A DNA stretch of 63,559 nt, filler included, from Sphacelaria rigidula (lineage: Eukaryota): NCBI GenBank assembly GCA_964200075.2. It is 11 parts of 11 records of this genome, joined end to end, with 100 filler letters (N's around TTAATTAATTAA, not from the genome) between each part and the next. Parts side by side here need not be neighbours in the genome. Positions count along the whole stretch, not along the records: positions 23,151 to 28,837 come from CAXNAA020025243.1; positions 28,938 to 34,624 come from CAXNAA020025244.1; positions 34,725 to 40,411 come from CAXNAA020025245.1; 8 more parts are not named here. The stretch is one strand, 5' to 3'. Below, piece after piece: positions 24,628 to 36,680 of the stretch. The notes below the pieces were generated by a model that was given only the letters and a program-made list of their open reading frames with translations, had not been told where the DNA came from and searched no databases. The stretch's first letter is position 1. Each line of letters begins with the position of its first letter. Position numbers and translations under genes: made by a program.

Positions 24628-24950
24628 GTTTTCTTTTCACTTTTTTGTTGTTGTCGCACTTTGAATCCTTTTCATTCCTCCGGACGAGTCCATGGTCACA
24701 AGGGATCAACTCCTCTCTCCCTCGGTACACGCCTTACATTTGGGTATCGCGGGTTGGATCATGACTAACACTCCCGCATCGCGTCGACGCTCGATACGCA
24801 AACTCAGTCAACTAGTCGTTATTTACTAGTGCACTCGCGCTTTCCACGGTGAAAAATTACATACTTCGGAGAAACAAAAAACATATCGGGAGTTGAACCC
24901 ACGTTCCCTCCACCCTATCGGCGACAGTCGGACCATTACACCACCGGGAC
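24628..24950 (-). mobile_element. tRNA-derived SINE, best-preserved copy
   Basis: The head has A-box TGGTGTAATGG (24943-24933) and B-box GGTTCAACTCC (24899-24889), and the tail is A-rich. Other copies lie at 14940, 28670-28760, 46390-46620 and 54815-55145. Confidence 0.75.
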
Positions 24951-26371
24951 GCGACGATGGCAACTCCAGTAGATGAGGCTACAGTATCGCTCAGTGACAA
25001 TAACATCTCGCGGCTTCCAAGGCTGTGTCCTATGGAAACCCAACAGGAAGAGAGAAATGAAACAAGCGTCAAAAAGCAGCATGTTGTTGGGTCGCCGCAA
25101 CCATAGACCCACCCGGCGATCAATCAACGCGCCGCCTGAGGACGCATGTTTCGTACCTCGCTTTTTGTTTCTTGTCTCGATCAGACACGGCCTAATCCCG
25201 GCCAGATCGCTGCGATCGCACGGAATCAATCGCATAGAGAGACAGTCAATCAAATACTCGAAGTTTGCGAGGGGGGGGAAACCAAGCACAGCTCGTGAAT
25301 TCACCAAAACAGTCCTGCGGATATCGCGAATTCCGACACTCAACGCAAGCTTGAGATACATGAAGAAGATCCGGAAAATATTCTCACCGCTGACTGGCGA
25401 GAAAGGTTGCCTCTGCAAACCTCTTCTCATCACCAAAACGCTCGAAGGGTTCTATGGAGGGCGAGGGGGGGGGGATACTACCCTATAGAGCAGGTATATC
25501 ACCACGAGTGCTGTCGATGACTCATCACCTTTCTGCACATATATACACTCTTATGTTTGCGCCCATCGCGTTCCCGTTTGAACCAACATCTGTCACACAG
25601 CACGCTCATTGGGCATGATAAACGGCACTCGAAGTAGTCACGCCTATTTGCAACCACGTAGACGACAGGGGGGGGGGGGGCTCAAGCACTCTCGGTCTAC
25701 TCATGCCTTTACAAAAGAAACAAATGGTCACGAAGAAATTACAGCAAGATCCTTCATGCGGCTTCGCGCCTGCTCCCCGATAATCTCCAACGCCTGCCAT
25801 CGCAGCAAGCGACTCCTCAGTATCCCAGAGACCGTGTCGCTGGCATACGAAGACACGGTAGCCACACTACAGTGCACAAGGCTATTGTACGCCATCAATA
25901 GATTCGCCAACAATTGCGTGGACGACAAGAGGCAAACGCATGACTGGGATATGCCTGCAAAAGTACGCATAACACTGAGCATGCCGGGAAAAGTTTACAC
26001 ATTGCACTCAACACTACTACGATCAGGACTAACAGCTCCGTCTGAAATATATATATATATTTCCTTTTACTGCTACGTACGCACGTTTGCGATAAATCTA
26101 AAAATAAAACACTTGAAGAGAAACAAAAACAAAACACGACGCAGCACACACGCCATCAAAAAAGTGATTGAAGAAAGTGATTGAGACAGTCAACACTTTT
26201 CATGTTGTTACCCGTTCGTTTTTCGCTATCCGTAGCACCGGATAGTCTCCGTAGCTTCTTTTTTCGCATCCTGACCCCCCTTTTGAAGATACTGTTCGCG
26301 TTCCCATTTTGGAGATTTGTGCACCGAGATAGCGTAGAGAGATGGACGAATTGGGCAAGTACCCGAGAATT

Positions 26372-26373
<2 letters not shown>

Positions 26374-26444
<71 letters not shown>
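26374..26444 (+). repeat. 71-nt poly(G) tract (one T at 26410)
   Basis: Read directly from the sequence. Confidence 0.95.
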
Positions 26445-26445
<1 letters not shown>

Positions 26446-26975
26446 ATCATGATTGAGAACAGAGTGATACGTATGGTGCTCGGCATTTTTTGGTATATCC
26501 CACCTCACTTTGAAGAAGTTGCGAACATGGTGGTACGTATACATATGCAGTACATGAGTCGATTTGGCGAGCCCCACAAGCATACGTAAATCACACCGGA
26601 CCGCATCAAACAGGCATTGCTATCCGCTATCGTGTGACTCCTATGAAGCCATGCCCCGTACATATGCATTTGGTCTGCCCACTCTCATCATATCTCGAAC
26701 GCACAGTGTTTCATCGCGCGCTTGACGCACGACGGATGGCTCACACACACACACACACCAAAAGGCAGGACAGATGGAACCTAGTCGTTGCACGGCACTT
26801 CATATGATCATCTCTGCACCGGATGGGGCCATCTTGTTCCGCGAACAACTGAACCCAAGCACACTTGATGTATGATCATTTACACGTATCTCGTGCCGCA
26901 CAAATCTCTCCCATCATCACCGGGTGGACATGTCTTTTTACTGTATGTGCACTGCGATCTTGAGCACCAAAATAC

Positions 26976-27078
26976 CACACCCTGGAAAATATATGATCAA
27001 TGGATGCAATAGGGTTATACTTTACTCAGTATATTTCTTGTCTACTGCATCTATTGACAATATATTGTCAAGGGTCAG
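26976..27078. mobile_element. Palindromic MITE (family E), short copy, 8-bp TSD
   Basis: Starts CACACCCTGGA and is self-complementary. Flanks are CAAAATAC / CAAGATAC. Confidence 0.75.
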
Positions 27079-27161
27079 CAAGATACCTCGATGATCTCGG
27101 CGCCACATACTAGCCATGAAAGGTCATTGATGAATTGACGGGTTGAGCAGTCAAATGATTG

Positions 27162-27330
27162 CACACCCTGGAGATTATATGCCCAATGGATGCAGTAGAG
27201 AAAAATGTACTGGATAAAGTAGAGGCCTATTGCAACTATTGTCGACCGACAATAATTGCGATAGGCCTATACTTTGCCCAGTACATTTTTGTCTACTGCT
27301 CTATTGGCCATGGGGTGTGTCCAGGGTGTG
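27162..27330. mobile_element. Palindromic MITE (family E), 8-bp TSD
   Basis: CACACCCTGGA...TCCAGGGTGTG, with ~82-bp arms and a 4-nt loop. Flanks are AATGATTG / AATGATTC. Confidence 0.88.
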
Positions 27331-29499
27331 AATGATTCAAGGACGTGTCGGGCAATATCGGGTATACCCGATATTGTGATATTTCGAAGAGTCGCCTATT
27401 ACCTGCTCACGTCTGTCATCACAACTTGTACGGGCTTTAGAGAGGGGAGCAATAGCACTGAGCTGGCTGCTACTGTGGACATGGATCGGGCCTCCACTTC
27501 TCATAATACCTAACTATTGGGCATACTCTACCCGACCCGCCGTTGTGATGATTGTTGCACATTCACCGGTTCATGACAAAGCGAGCCGTGGTCATACGAT
27601 AGACCCTTCCAAGGAGAAAAATAGAACGGAAAGACTCGCGATAGAGAACCGAGACAAGAGGCGACCTTTTCCCCATTCTTTCAAATGTCCCGTAAGGAAG
27701 ATCTCAAGGAAATGCCTTCATAGACACACACACCCTTTCGTAATCGATTGAACACCGTTACAGGGGAGAATGAGGATCATGACGACGAAAACGAAAGAGT
27801 GCAAGGGAAAAAAAAAACGCGGAGGAATATACACGTCATTTCTACAAGACACGCGCTTCGTCCCCAATTAAATTGATTTTAGTATACAGTAGTGCAGCAC
27901 TTCCATCCAGTTTTTCTCGGCACAGGAAGCAAGTCGGCCTGTGGCACTTTACAGCCCCTCGCACACATACAAAAGCCAGGGGGTCATGCGTTGGTTTCTC
28001 ATTGATCGCCACAGCGGATCTCAAAAGCCTCCAAAACAGCAATAAGCAGCCTGTTTTGGTACACTTTCGTTTGGTGCAGTGTTTGTGGAACGCCTCAAGG
28101 AACGCCATGTATGGCTCCCTAGTTTGGGTGTGTGGCAAGCCTACGCGAGAAGCCGCACTCCAATCCTCTGCTTGCTTGCGGAGATGACCGTGTTGAAAGA
28201 CTGCCACTTTCGGGTTTGGAACCAGCAGCGTCTTAGCGATACTAGCAGTATGCCAGGTCAACGTTTTCTGCTGCTGCTGCGGTGTGTGGCGGCCGCTACT
28301 ACAGCTAACAACTTTTTCGTGAAATTGAGAGTTGAAGGTACGATTGAGAGTGAAAAGCGGTCAATGAGTGAATAAGCCGTTTCAGTTCCGAAATGCACAT
28401 CCACCAGGCCCAATATGTTTGCTGTAGTAGCTTGCCACTGAGACCCTCGATACCCCTGAGTAGGATATCATCGTGTAGCTGTAAGCACATGGCAGTGATG
28501 AGACGACGAAAATCACACATGGAATGAAAAAATGGCCAAGTTATAGCAAATGATCAAAGCCACTCTCAATCCACACCCAACTCTCAATCTCACGAAAACC
28601 TTGTTGTTCCCGATTTGTTTTGCTGACCGCGGGACGTGCCCTGAGAAAGGTTACACTTCGCCGCCCTCACTGTATTTTTCGTCGCACTTTGAACTCCCCC
28701 CCTTTCTCGAGATGAGTCCGTGGTCTCGAGGGATCAACCCATCTCTCCCCCAATATAACTGAATCAAAGGAAATGGAAAATGAGCACAGACGGAGGGAAC
28801 TTGGGAGAGAACGTCGAAGGGGCGATCTAAGCAGAAANNNNNNNNNNNNNNNNNNNNNNNNNNNNNNNNNNNNNNNNNNNNTTAATTAATTAANNNNNNN
28901 NNNNNNNNNNNNNNNNNNNNNNNNNNNNNNNNNNNNNCCCGAGCTATGCTATTGACAGCTTTTGTGTTTTCGTGTTTTACGTGGTAAAGTTGACCTCAAC
29001 ATACTGTATACAGTACGACGAACACTTGAGAAGAACACAGCACCAGCACGAGTCGTCCTCTCATGCTCGTGGGATTTTTCGGGTAAACTCCGGCAGCGTA
29101 CTCCGCAGTCCGATCAGTTTAAACCAACAGTTGTACATGGGGATTTTGCTGTTTCGTGAGCAAAAAAACAAGTTCTGAGCAAACTCCTATTTGTGGACAA
29201 TATTTCCACCTTTTTCTCCGTGTTCCAACTTGTTTTTTCAATCAGGACGCATTGTCTGTGACACATGGGGTGTTGCGCGTTCTTTATACTTCAAAACGTG
29301 CAACCAAATTCGGTGTGTCTCATCTACCATTCTGCGCTCACAATGTGCGCGTTCCGTAATACCAGTCACACCACACCCATGCCGGATGTTCCACCTTCTA
29401 CTCGTCAGATATAACACAGATTCATAACCGATACAGACATCCAATCTCTAGCTCAACCTTTTGATAGGAGTCTTTACCTTTACCATCTAGAAATTAAAT

Positions 29500-31800
29500 T
29501 AATTCCTTTCCACGCCTATCGTAGAGGACGGGGCCGCCTATCGGCGACCCCGTCCGATCCTCGTACCGTATACAAGAATGATTTGAGATCCGTGCGCGCG
29601 GGGTGGGGCCGACATGTAGATAGCCGTGCACAACATCGCCGTGTACTACCGGGACGCGACCTCTTTTCAGTAGCAATCACTTGCGATGTGTGCTGTGACG
29701 GGCCTCGTGCGTGATGCTGCTTTTTTCATCTCTGCACACCGCCCGTAAAGCTAGCCTTTGATGCTCGAAGTGCTCAACCTTCTTCCCGTAATGACCTCCC
29801 CTCTTGGCATATTGCAATTGAAATTGCGGGACATGACTCTCACTAACGAAAGGTACATATTCTCCGACACTAATGCCTCCACAACATCGAAAAGGAATAG
29901 CATTGGCTGCAAACACGCGCATGCTATCTGTGACCGCTCCCACGCCAGAAGAAAGGAAATATCACATGTTTTTGGAACAAAATCTGACCGCTTCCACCCC
30001 GGTACGCATTGCTGCAACGCCCCACCCCAGATCCAGCGAGATGGGCTTGCTGTTTGTGGTGTTCATGATACACGGGTGGTGTTTCAAGGCCTTGTAGCGC
30101 CCACAGCGCGCGTGCTTCCGTGTCTCGAGCGCTGAGCACCTCTACATGCAATACGCCCAGGCGTTTTGCACAGATTGTCATCATCCAGCGGGCGTCCCAG
30201 TACAGACGTACGTTTGTTTCCCAGCGCAGCAGCGTCCCAGGTGTTTATGATGTCGAAGTAAGTGGACGAGTTGCTTCACATATGCGTGTACTCATGGTGC
30301 ACGCATTTCTGGACAGCGGGTCAGGCATTTTGAGGGCGTATCCACGGTTCGGTGTTCGCGTCGATCGGGCGGCCCCACAGACGGAACGTCGCTGCACCTG
30401 ATGCACATGCTGTCCATAATGTGCTCGATTAATGGTCCAAGGTTCACCGTGGATCTCTGAGCCGATATGGAGAAATCTACATGCAAAAGATCGGACAGCA
30501 TATGGCAAAAGGCACTAGTCAATCGCGGGAAGATACATCAGGTGCGGTTGCGCCGCTTATCCCACGTAGGGACACGTGCTCGCGGCATATCTCCTCTCCT
30601 CGGCAATGCGGCAGAGGTCGGGAGATTTGCACACAAATTCGTGACGGCGTGACAGCCAGGGTTTGGTAGATGGCCCTCTGGCGCCTTACGGTTGTAATGG
30701 TATCGGGTGCGTCGTTACGTTCAAACAGGCGTATCGTGTTGGTGAAAAATGGCGCGACAGTGCGGGTGTGCGTTGGGCTTCTTCGTCGATACAACCGGGG
30801 TTCACGACTGGGCAATGTTGATGATATTTTTCGAAACCTGGCGGATGCCTAGGACTTCTCGATCGAGTTCGTGCCTCCTCTCTTCAGAACAAAGCGCCTC
30901 GGAGGTTCACAGAAAGTACATGTATGCTGGCAAATGTGACAAATCACGATTGCTCGCCCGGGTGTAGCCCGTGCCCACCGCCAGGTACTGCGATCTCCGG
31001 AATAATACATGCATCTATCCTCATAGAAAACACACAAATGCTCCAAGTTGTGTGTGACAGGCATGGCGGTAAGAACGTCGCCTCCGAGGTTATTATTACC
31101 CGTAGAAGATTTCAGGAAGGTGGCTTTCCGTACGATATACGCGGAAATGGAGAATTTTCTGTTGGTATACGACACCTTACACCCGGATGTGTGTCGAATA
31201 TCAGAGTTCGGTCCTTGTGCGGAATATGGAGGCGTGCCTCATACGCTCCAGGGATGGTTCGGGAGGGCATTTGCCGATGATATACTTTTTTTTGTACCCT
31301 TATACGCACCATTATTTCAGGCAAACTGTACTACATCCCTCGGAAAAAAAAAGCTGGCACAGTAAAGTTCTATTCTCCAGTTACGTATGAAAGAATTGTA
31401 TCCTATCTGCTGCCTTCACGTGGAGACTCAGGACTTGTCTCTCCACCATCTCTCCACGTAGCCCCCAAGCCGTCGCCGTGACCCAAACAACAGCGAGCTA
31501 GACACCAAGCGCCGGCGAAACTACGGACGAAGCTCTGGCGTCGTTCGATAGCCGGCGATGACGTGCGCCTGCAACCGCAACACCGGACAAGAAAGGACGC
31601 CCATCAAACTCTCCATCACCGACTCCGTCATGAGTGCCGCGAAAGTTTACATCCACTAACCTAACCATCACGTCAAACACAGGCGATACATTAATTCACC
31701 ATGATGAAAACGAAGACAAAACGCTGTCTGTCGCCATTCCGAGCTCATGGACGTCATACGCGACTTCCTTCCTCGCTGGCGTCTGCCGGCACCTGAAGGG
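29500..31800 (-). pseudogene. Decayed coding-like region, possibly a CMC/Plavaka-type transposase relic
   Basis: About 2.3 kb without simple repeats, with frame-broken fragments (SDLLHVD; KTP...RHGS...NT; EHHKQQAHLA; VHGYLHV) loosely recalling these transposases. It lies next to a CACGG-ended element. Support is weak. Confidence 0.25.
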
Positions 31801-32082
31801 GCAAACATGAGATAGTGCAGGCGAACGATGGAAAAAGTGGGAGTCGTATTCAAAACGTGGCTCAGGGGCGTTACACAATACGAGCCTAGTGATATTCCCC
31901 GTGTGTCCATCGCAGCAAGATCGTACTTACGAGGGAACTGTCCTGTGAAGACTCGCTGAAACTACGCTACTGTTCATGTTCCCTGCCGCTTGACCTGATC
32001 CCCCCTTCAATCGAACTGTCGTTCAGCTACTTGCCCCCAGGTTTCGGTTACCATATTTTGGTCGTCTCCTACTCAAGTATAG

Positions 32083-33706
32083 CACGGTCCGGATGAGAAA
32101 AATCGTGACTCGACTCATATTCAACATTTGGACGAATCCATCATACGATTCGCGAAGAAGTTGTGATTTGCACACGTTTTCAGGTTGTGATTCGATCGAC
32201 ACTACTTTGGGTGTACACATTTCCAGCTCGTGATTCGTGCGGTACACCGTTGAAGGTACACATATCCTACATTTCCATTTGTGTGGTGTGAATCTCAGGC
32301 AAATGGTTCCCTATTTTTATTCATTCAGCATGAGTCATGGGCACACGTTACCTGCCTTCCATTCAAAGAAGGCGAAACAATCGTATGTGGTTCCCGATCT
32401 CCGTTCATGCAGGATGGATCATACCTACATGTTTCCCACCCTCCACTCATACAAGGTGAACCAAGCGTACATGCTTCCTGATTTCACTCATGCAGCATGA
32501 ACCATACGTACATGTTCCCTTCCTTTCATTCATACGAAATGGATCAAGTGTACATGATTCCCACTTTTCATCTATGCAACGTGAATCATGCGTACATGTT
32601 CTCCACCTTCTGTTCATATATTTATATAAATCATGAGAACATGTTGCTCCCTACCTGTGATTTCATGGGGCGCGACTCTTCGGTGGTGCGGCCCTTTTGC
32701 AGATAAGTCAGGCGAATGCGAGCGTACAGGTCGCTGACCTCGTAATAGCCGAATTCGCAAGAAATCCAATTTCAATTTTTGTACTCACACGTAGCACATC
32801 AGCTAATGTACAACGCACGCGTCTGCGTGCCCAGAGCAGTTTTTCTAGCAAGGTGTTTTCCTGTGCCATGCTATTCACAGCCTTTGTGGTTTCATGTGGT
32901 GTTCTGTAGTGCAGTTGAGCTGAACGTGCCGTATAGAATACCACGAACACTTGAGAAAACACAGCACCAGCACGAGTCGTCTTTTCATGCTTTTGGGAGT
33001 TTTCGCGAAACCTCCGGCAGTGCACACTGCAGTCCGCGGACAGTACGGTACCGCATGGCGCAGCACGCATCTGTGCGCCATAAGTGATTCTTCTAGCTGT
33101 TTGTTGTACTGTGATCCATACAGCATGAATCACCTGATCTATGTACACGTTTTACACCCTGCGTTCGTGAGCATGAATCCTAGATACATGTTCCCCACCC
33201 TCCATTCATTAGAGGTCAATCAAGCGTATATGCATCTCCCTCTTCATCCATGCAGCATAGGAATCAGTAGCACTCGTTCCTCACCTTCCATTTATACTAG
33301 GTGAACCACAGGTACATGGTTTCCAATTTCCGCTTATGCAGCATGAATCCTGTGCACATGTTCTTCGTCTTCGGTCTATACGAGAATCAAGCGTAAATTT
33401 TCCCTAATTCCCGTTCGTGCTAACATGTACATGTTCCCCACCATCGATTCATACGAAATAAATCAAGAATATATGTTTCCCGCCCACGAATCATACAGGA
33501 ATTGCGATTCATACGTACGTTGCACTCTTGATTCGTCTGACACAACTTGGAGTGCACACATTCCCAGTTCGTGATTCGTGCGGTTTGATTTTGAACGCAT
33601 GACCTCACCATCCGTGATTCATACCAGAGGATTCTTTGGTACATGATTCGCGTTCAACATTTCATAGCGAGTCAACTCATATGAACTATGATTCGTCGGA
33701 ACCGTG
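32083..33706. mobile_element. Putative non-autonomous element with CACGG...CCGTG termini carrying a 42-bp repeat array
   Basis: The left end CACGGTCCGGATGA matches the reverse complement of the right end, CACGGTTCCGACGA, at 11/14 positions. No clear TSD. Confidence 0.45.
32254..33500 (+). repeat. Diverged ~42-bp tandem array, split by an insertion at ~32661-33110
   Basis: Consensus is approximately GTACATGTTYCCCACCTTCCATTCATRCRRSRTGAATCAWGC, with about 10 units before and about 9 after the insertion. Confidence 0.85.
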
Positions 33707-34131
33707 AACTATTGCCCCACCCGGCGACCACATCGGATCCAACACTATTGGCATTATACGAAGTATGTATGGACGGCGAAAAGCGCACATTTGCGGGTAC
33801 TGGATATCTTCATTTTGCTGGAATGGAGGATTTCTGTGTTTTGTTTTAGATCGGCCGATTTTTCCATTATTTGTTTTCGCGTGGCACCGCTCATCCCAGT
33901 GAACATTTCATCTGTAACTGCGGCGATCGGGAGATTCAAGGCATCCGCTCTACACCCCGAAACGAAGATTATACCTACGCTCAATATTGGATATACGGGC
34001 TGTAGTGATGGGGGTTGTTATTGATCGTTTCTGACCCAAGAAACTCTTTTCGGGCAAGGCGCAATAAAAACTCGTTGAGGTCAAACTAAGAATTTCTGTA
34101 GAGATCCCACGATAGCAAGCGGAAGGGGTTC

Positions 34132-34624
34132 GCCCTGGTCCGGCGAGAACCGGCGTGCTCCGTCCCGGCTTTGTAGGGGCGGACCCCGGATGAGGTTGGT
34201 GTCAGTCGGCGATGACGCTATTGAACACGCCGCTCACTGCGTAAGCTCGGGAACCAGGTTACCGGGGGTTTTACGCGCTTGACTTCTTTTTGCGCCAACC
34301 GTGATGGTACCGTAGTCGATCTAGATCATGTTGTGCGGCGTAGAGAACATCAACTCCGCACAATGAGGATGATCCTACTACGTGGTGGTGTTTGAATGGT
34401 GAGACACCCATGGGGCAGTGTATAAGCCTTGACTGTCTCTGGAAGGGGCGATACCAGAAAATAGAGAAAGTCATTGTTGGCTGTCACCGAAATGCAAGAT
34501 AATCAGGGGGCTTCGGGTCGAACAATCTCACCAGGATGCAGCTCACCCTTCATGCGACTCGCCTAACACACCACGGCGCTTTGCGTTTGGTAATCGAGTG
34601 CGAGCCTGGTCCGGCGACAACCCG
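34132..34624 (+). mobile_element. Family B SINE-like element, cut by the contig end
   Basis: Collinear with 5880-6365. Confidence 0.85.
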
Positions 34625-34724
34625 NNNNNNNNNNNNNNNNNNNNNNNNNNNNNNNNNNNNNNNNNNNNTTAATTAATTAANNNNNNNNNNNNNNNNNNNN
34701 NNNNNNNNNNNNNNNNNNNNNNNN

Positions 34725-36680
34725 CAGGTACACAAGTGTGTTCATACTTCACCTGTAGGAGCTGGATCGCATAGAAACTGATCTGTCCGACGTGTGTAAT
34801 CTTTGCCTCGCAATATCGTTCTCTGCTTGTCATTCCGACAGTCTCCACCCTGCTTTGAGATGACTGAACCATCCTATCATGTCATCAAGAATATACACCT
34901 CCAACTCTCCAGCCAACCTCCAGGTACCGTCCACCCCGGGTTGGATCACCTCTCAAGAGCTATTTTGCACGCTGCTCGCAGTGTGCACCATGCGGGCTTC
35001 TCGCTCGATAGTCCCAGTCGCACCGTTGAGCTTGCCTTGTCCCCTTCATTCCCGGCCTGTTCGAACTCCGTTCGGATGCCATCATCCTCAAACCATCCCG
35101 ATGAACACGGCTTTCGGGTCAGGCGGGGTACCACCTTTTCAACTGCACTCAGGAGTTAATCGGCAAAGTTCGCAGACAGTGTACCGAAGGTATCGCCAGG
35201 TCTATCTTGTTTGAACCCGTTGATGATGAGCTGGGTAAGTTGTTCACACTGTTGGCGTCAGATATTATTGCTCGCCTATCGATCGGTTTGCACCCAATGA
35301 AAACTCGCCTGGGTCTCTTCTGTGCAAAGCGACCGAGAAACCACACTGAGGCGCATGCGATATTGTGGTCAGAGCTCGGCGAGTGGATTGGCTGAAGGTG
35401 GACGGTGACATTGCGAACAAGCCTGCGCTGATCTTGCCATGTCAGGATATAGCCAATGCGTTTGTTGTCCGCGGGACGGTTTGCAATACCGTTGAACGTA
35501 CGCAATGTGCTTCCCTTGGAGGTGGAAAGAATGCGTTGCCAAGGGCAAGCCTGTTGTCACCTGCACGTTGTAGTAGAGACGTTCCCTTCCTGTAGTTGGT
35601 TCGGGAGTCCCGGCCGTATGGCCCCACCATTTTACATTTCTCCTCACCTCTTCGTACCCTAGTCCTAGCGTCGGGGCTCATTATAATAACGAGGTGGTGT
35701 TTGTTGGGAACTCGGTTCACAAATCCTGTCCAACTCAGTCCAGAACATGTCTCTCGTTTCTGTCGACTTTGATGTGACTGTAGGGACGTAGGCAATGACA
35801 AACGTAGCAGCATTTTATTTGCCTGAGAAGTTGGAAGTCATCGACATAAGCCGTTCGTTGATGAGTGTCTGAGTTGACGTCGCCTTGTTCATCACTGACT
35901 CCTTCACCGCCAACTACCATCTAGCCCTTTCCTTTCCCCCTCCCTCCACGCGGCAGAAGACACGATATCCCGCCGCAATAAACTCGGTACGGCCCGTTCT
36001 TCTGGTCTCCTGGACTCCGGTGACGCCACATCTCACCGCTTGACATTATTGCAGAACTACCTCAGCATGGCCAGCTGCGTTCTTTCCCGTGAGGGCCAAG
36101 TGTACGGACTACAAGTAGCCACTTTGAGCTCCCCTGCACGCGACCCAGCTCCAACCTTCTCCACACGTCTTCCTCTTTCATCTGCCCTGCTTTTCGGTCC
36201 GCTTCACCTTCGTATTTCACGCGCGAGATCTTGTTCCCGTTCGTACTCTGATTCTTGTTTGGCACGCAGGTCGGTCACGGTACTTGCCTTGCGCTGTAAT
36301 CTCACGGGGAGGGTGCACCCCTCCCAGTCCGCGTCGTTCACTAGCTCCAGTCCACCGAATCTGCTACCTACTACCCACACGCGTCTCATCTCTCCATCAA
36401 TGTGCTTACCGTGATGAAGTCCTGACCCCGGGTAACCTCTGCAGCCGTGGGGTTTTAGTTTGGTTCTCACTACAGGGTGAAATTCCGCAGCTGCAGGATT
36501 GAGCCTGGAGGCCACCACTGTCGGGATGACCCACTCACTGCCTCGACTTGTGTGTTGCATCTCCACTGACACGAAACACGGACTAGTCTGTAGGACGAGT
36601 CACTCTTCCCCACGCCTCCGTTGTGTCGTGGGGTGGGGTTAGCTTACCTCGACACAACCGTCCCCAATCGGGCGACGGCC
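34725..36680 (-). mobile_element. Decayed RTE-like LINE: 5' leader, N-terminal extension and apurinic endonuclease (APE) domain
   Basis: Frame-broken APE motifs occur in order: ELKVAT.VRTL (~36130), GVQETRR, DART, GPYGRD..LALGNAFF, RIGYILT..RRLVRNVTV, SDHN. The RT would lie beyond the contig end. Clade assignment is by motif style only. Confidence 0.85.

Noticed and set aside
24885..24950. Possible tRNA gene
   Set aside because: A and B boxes are present, but I cannot build a convincing cloverleaf and the sequence heads a dispersed repeat, so it is called a SINE.
26181..26583. Poly-Pro / poly-Gly ORFs
   Set aside because: They are translations of the poly(G) tract.
32254..33500. Possible CRISPR-like array
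   Set aside because: Units are contiguous and diverged along their whole length, with no constant repeat and unique spacer alternation, no cas genes, and a eukaryotic context.
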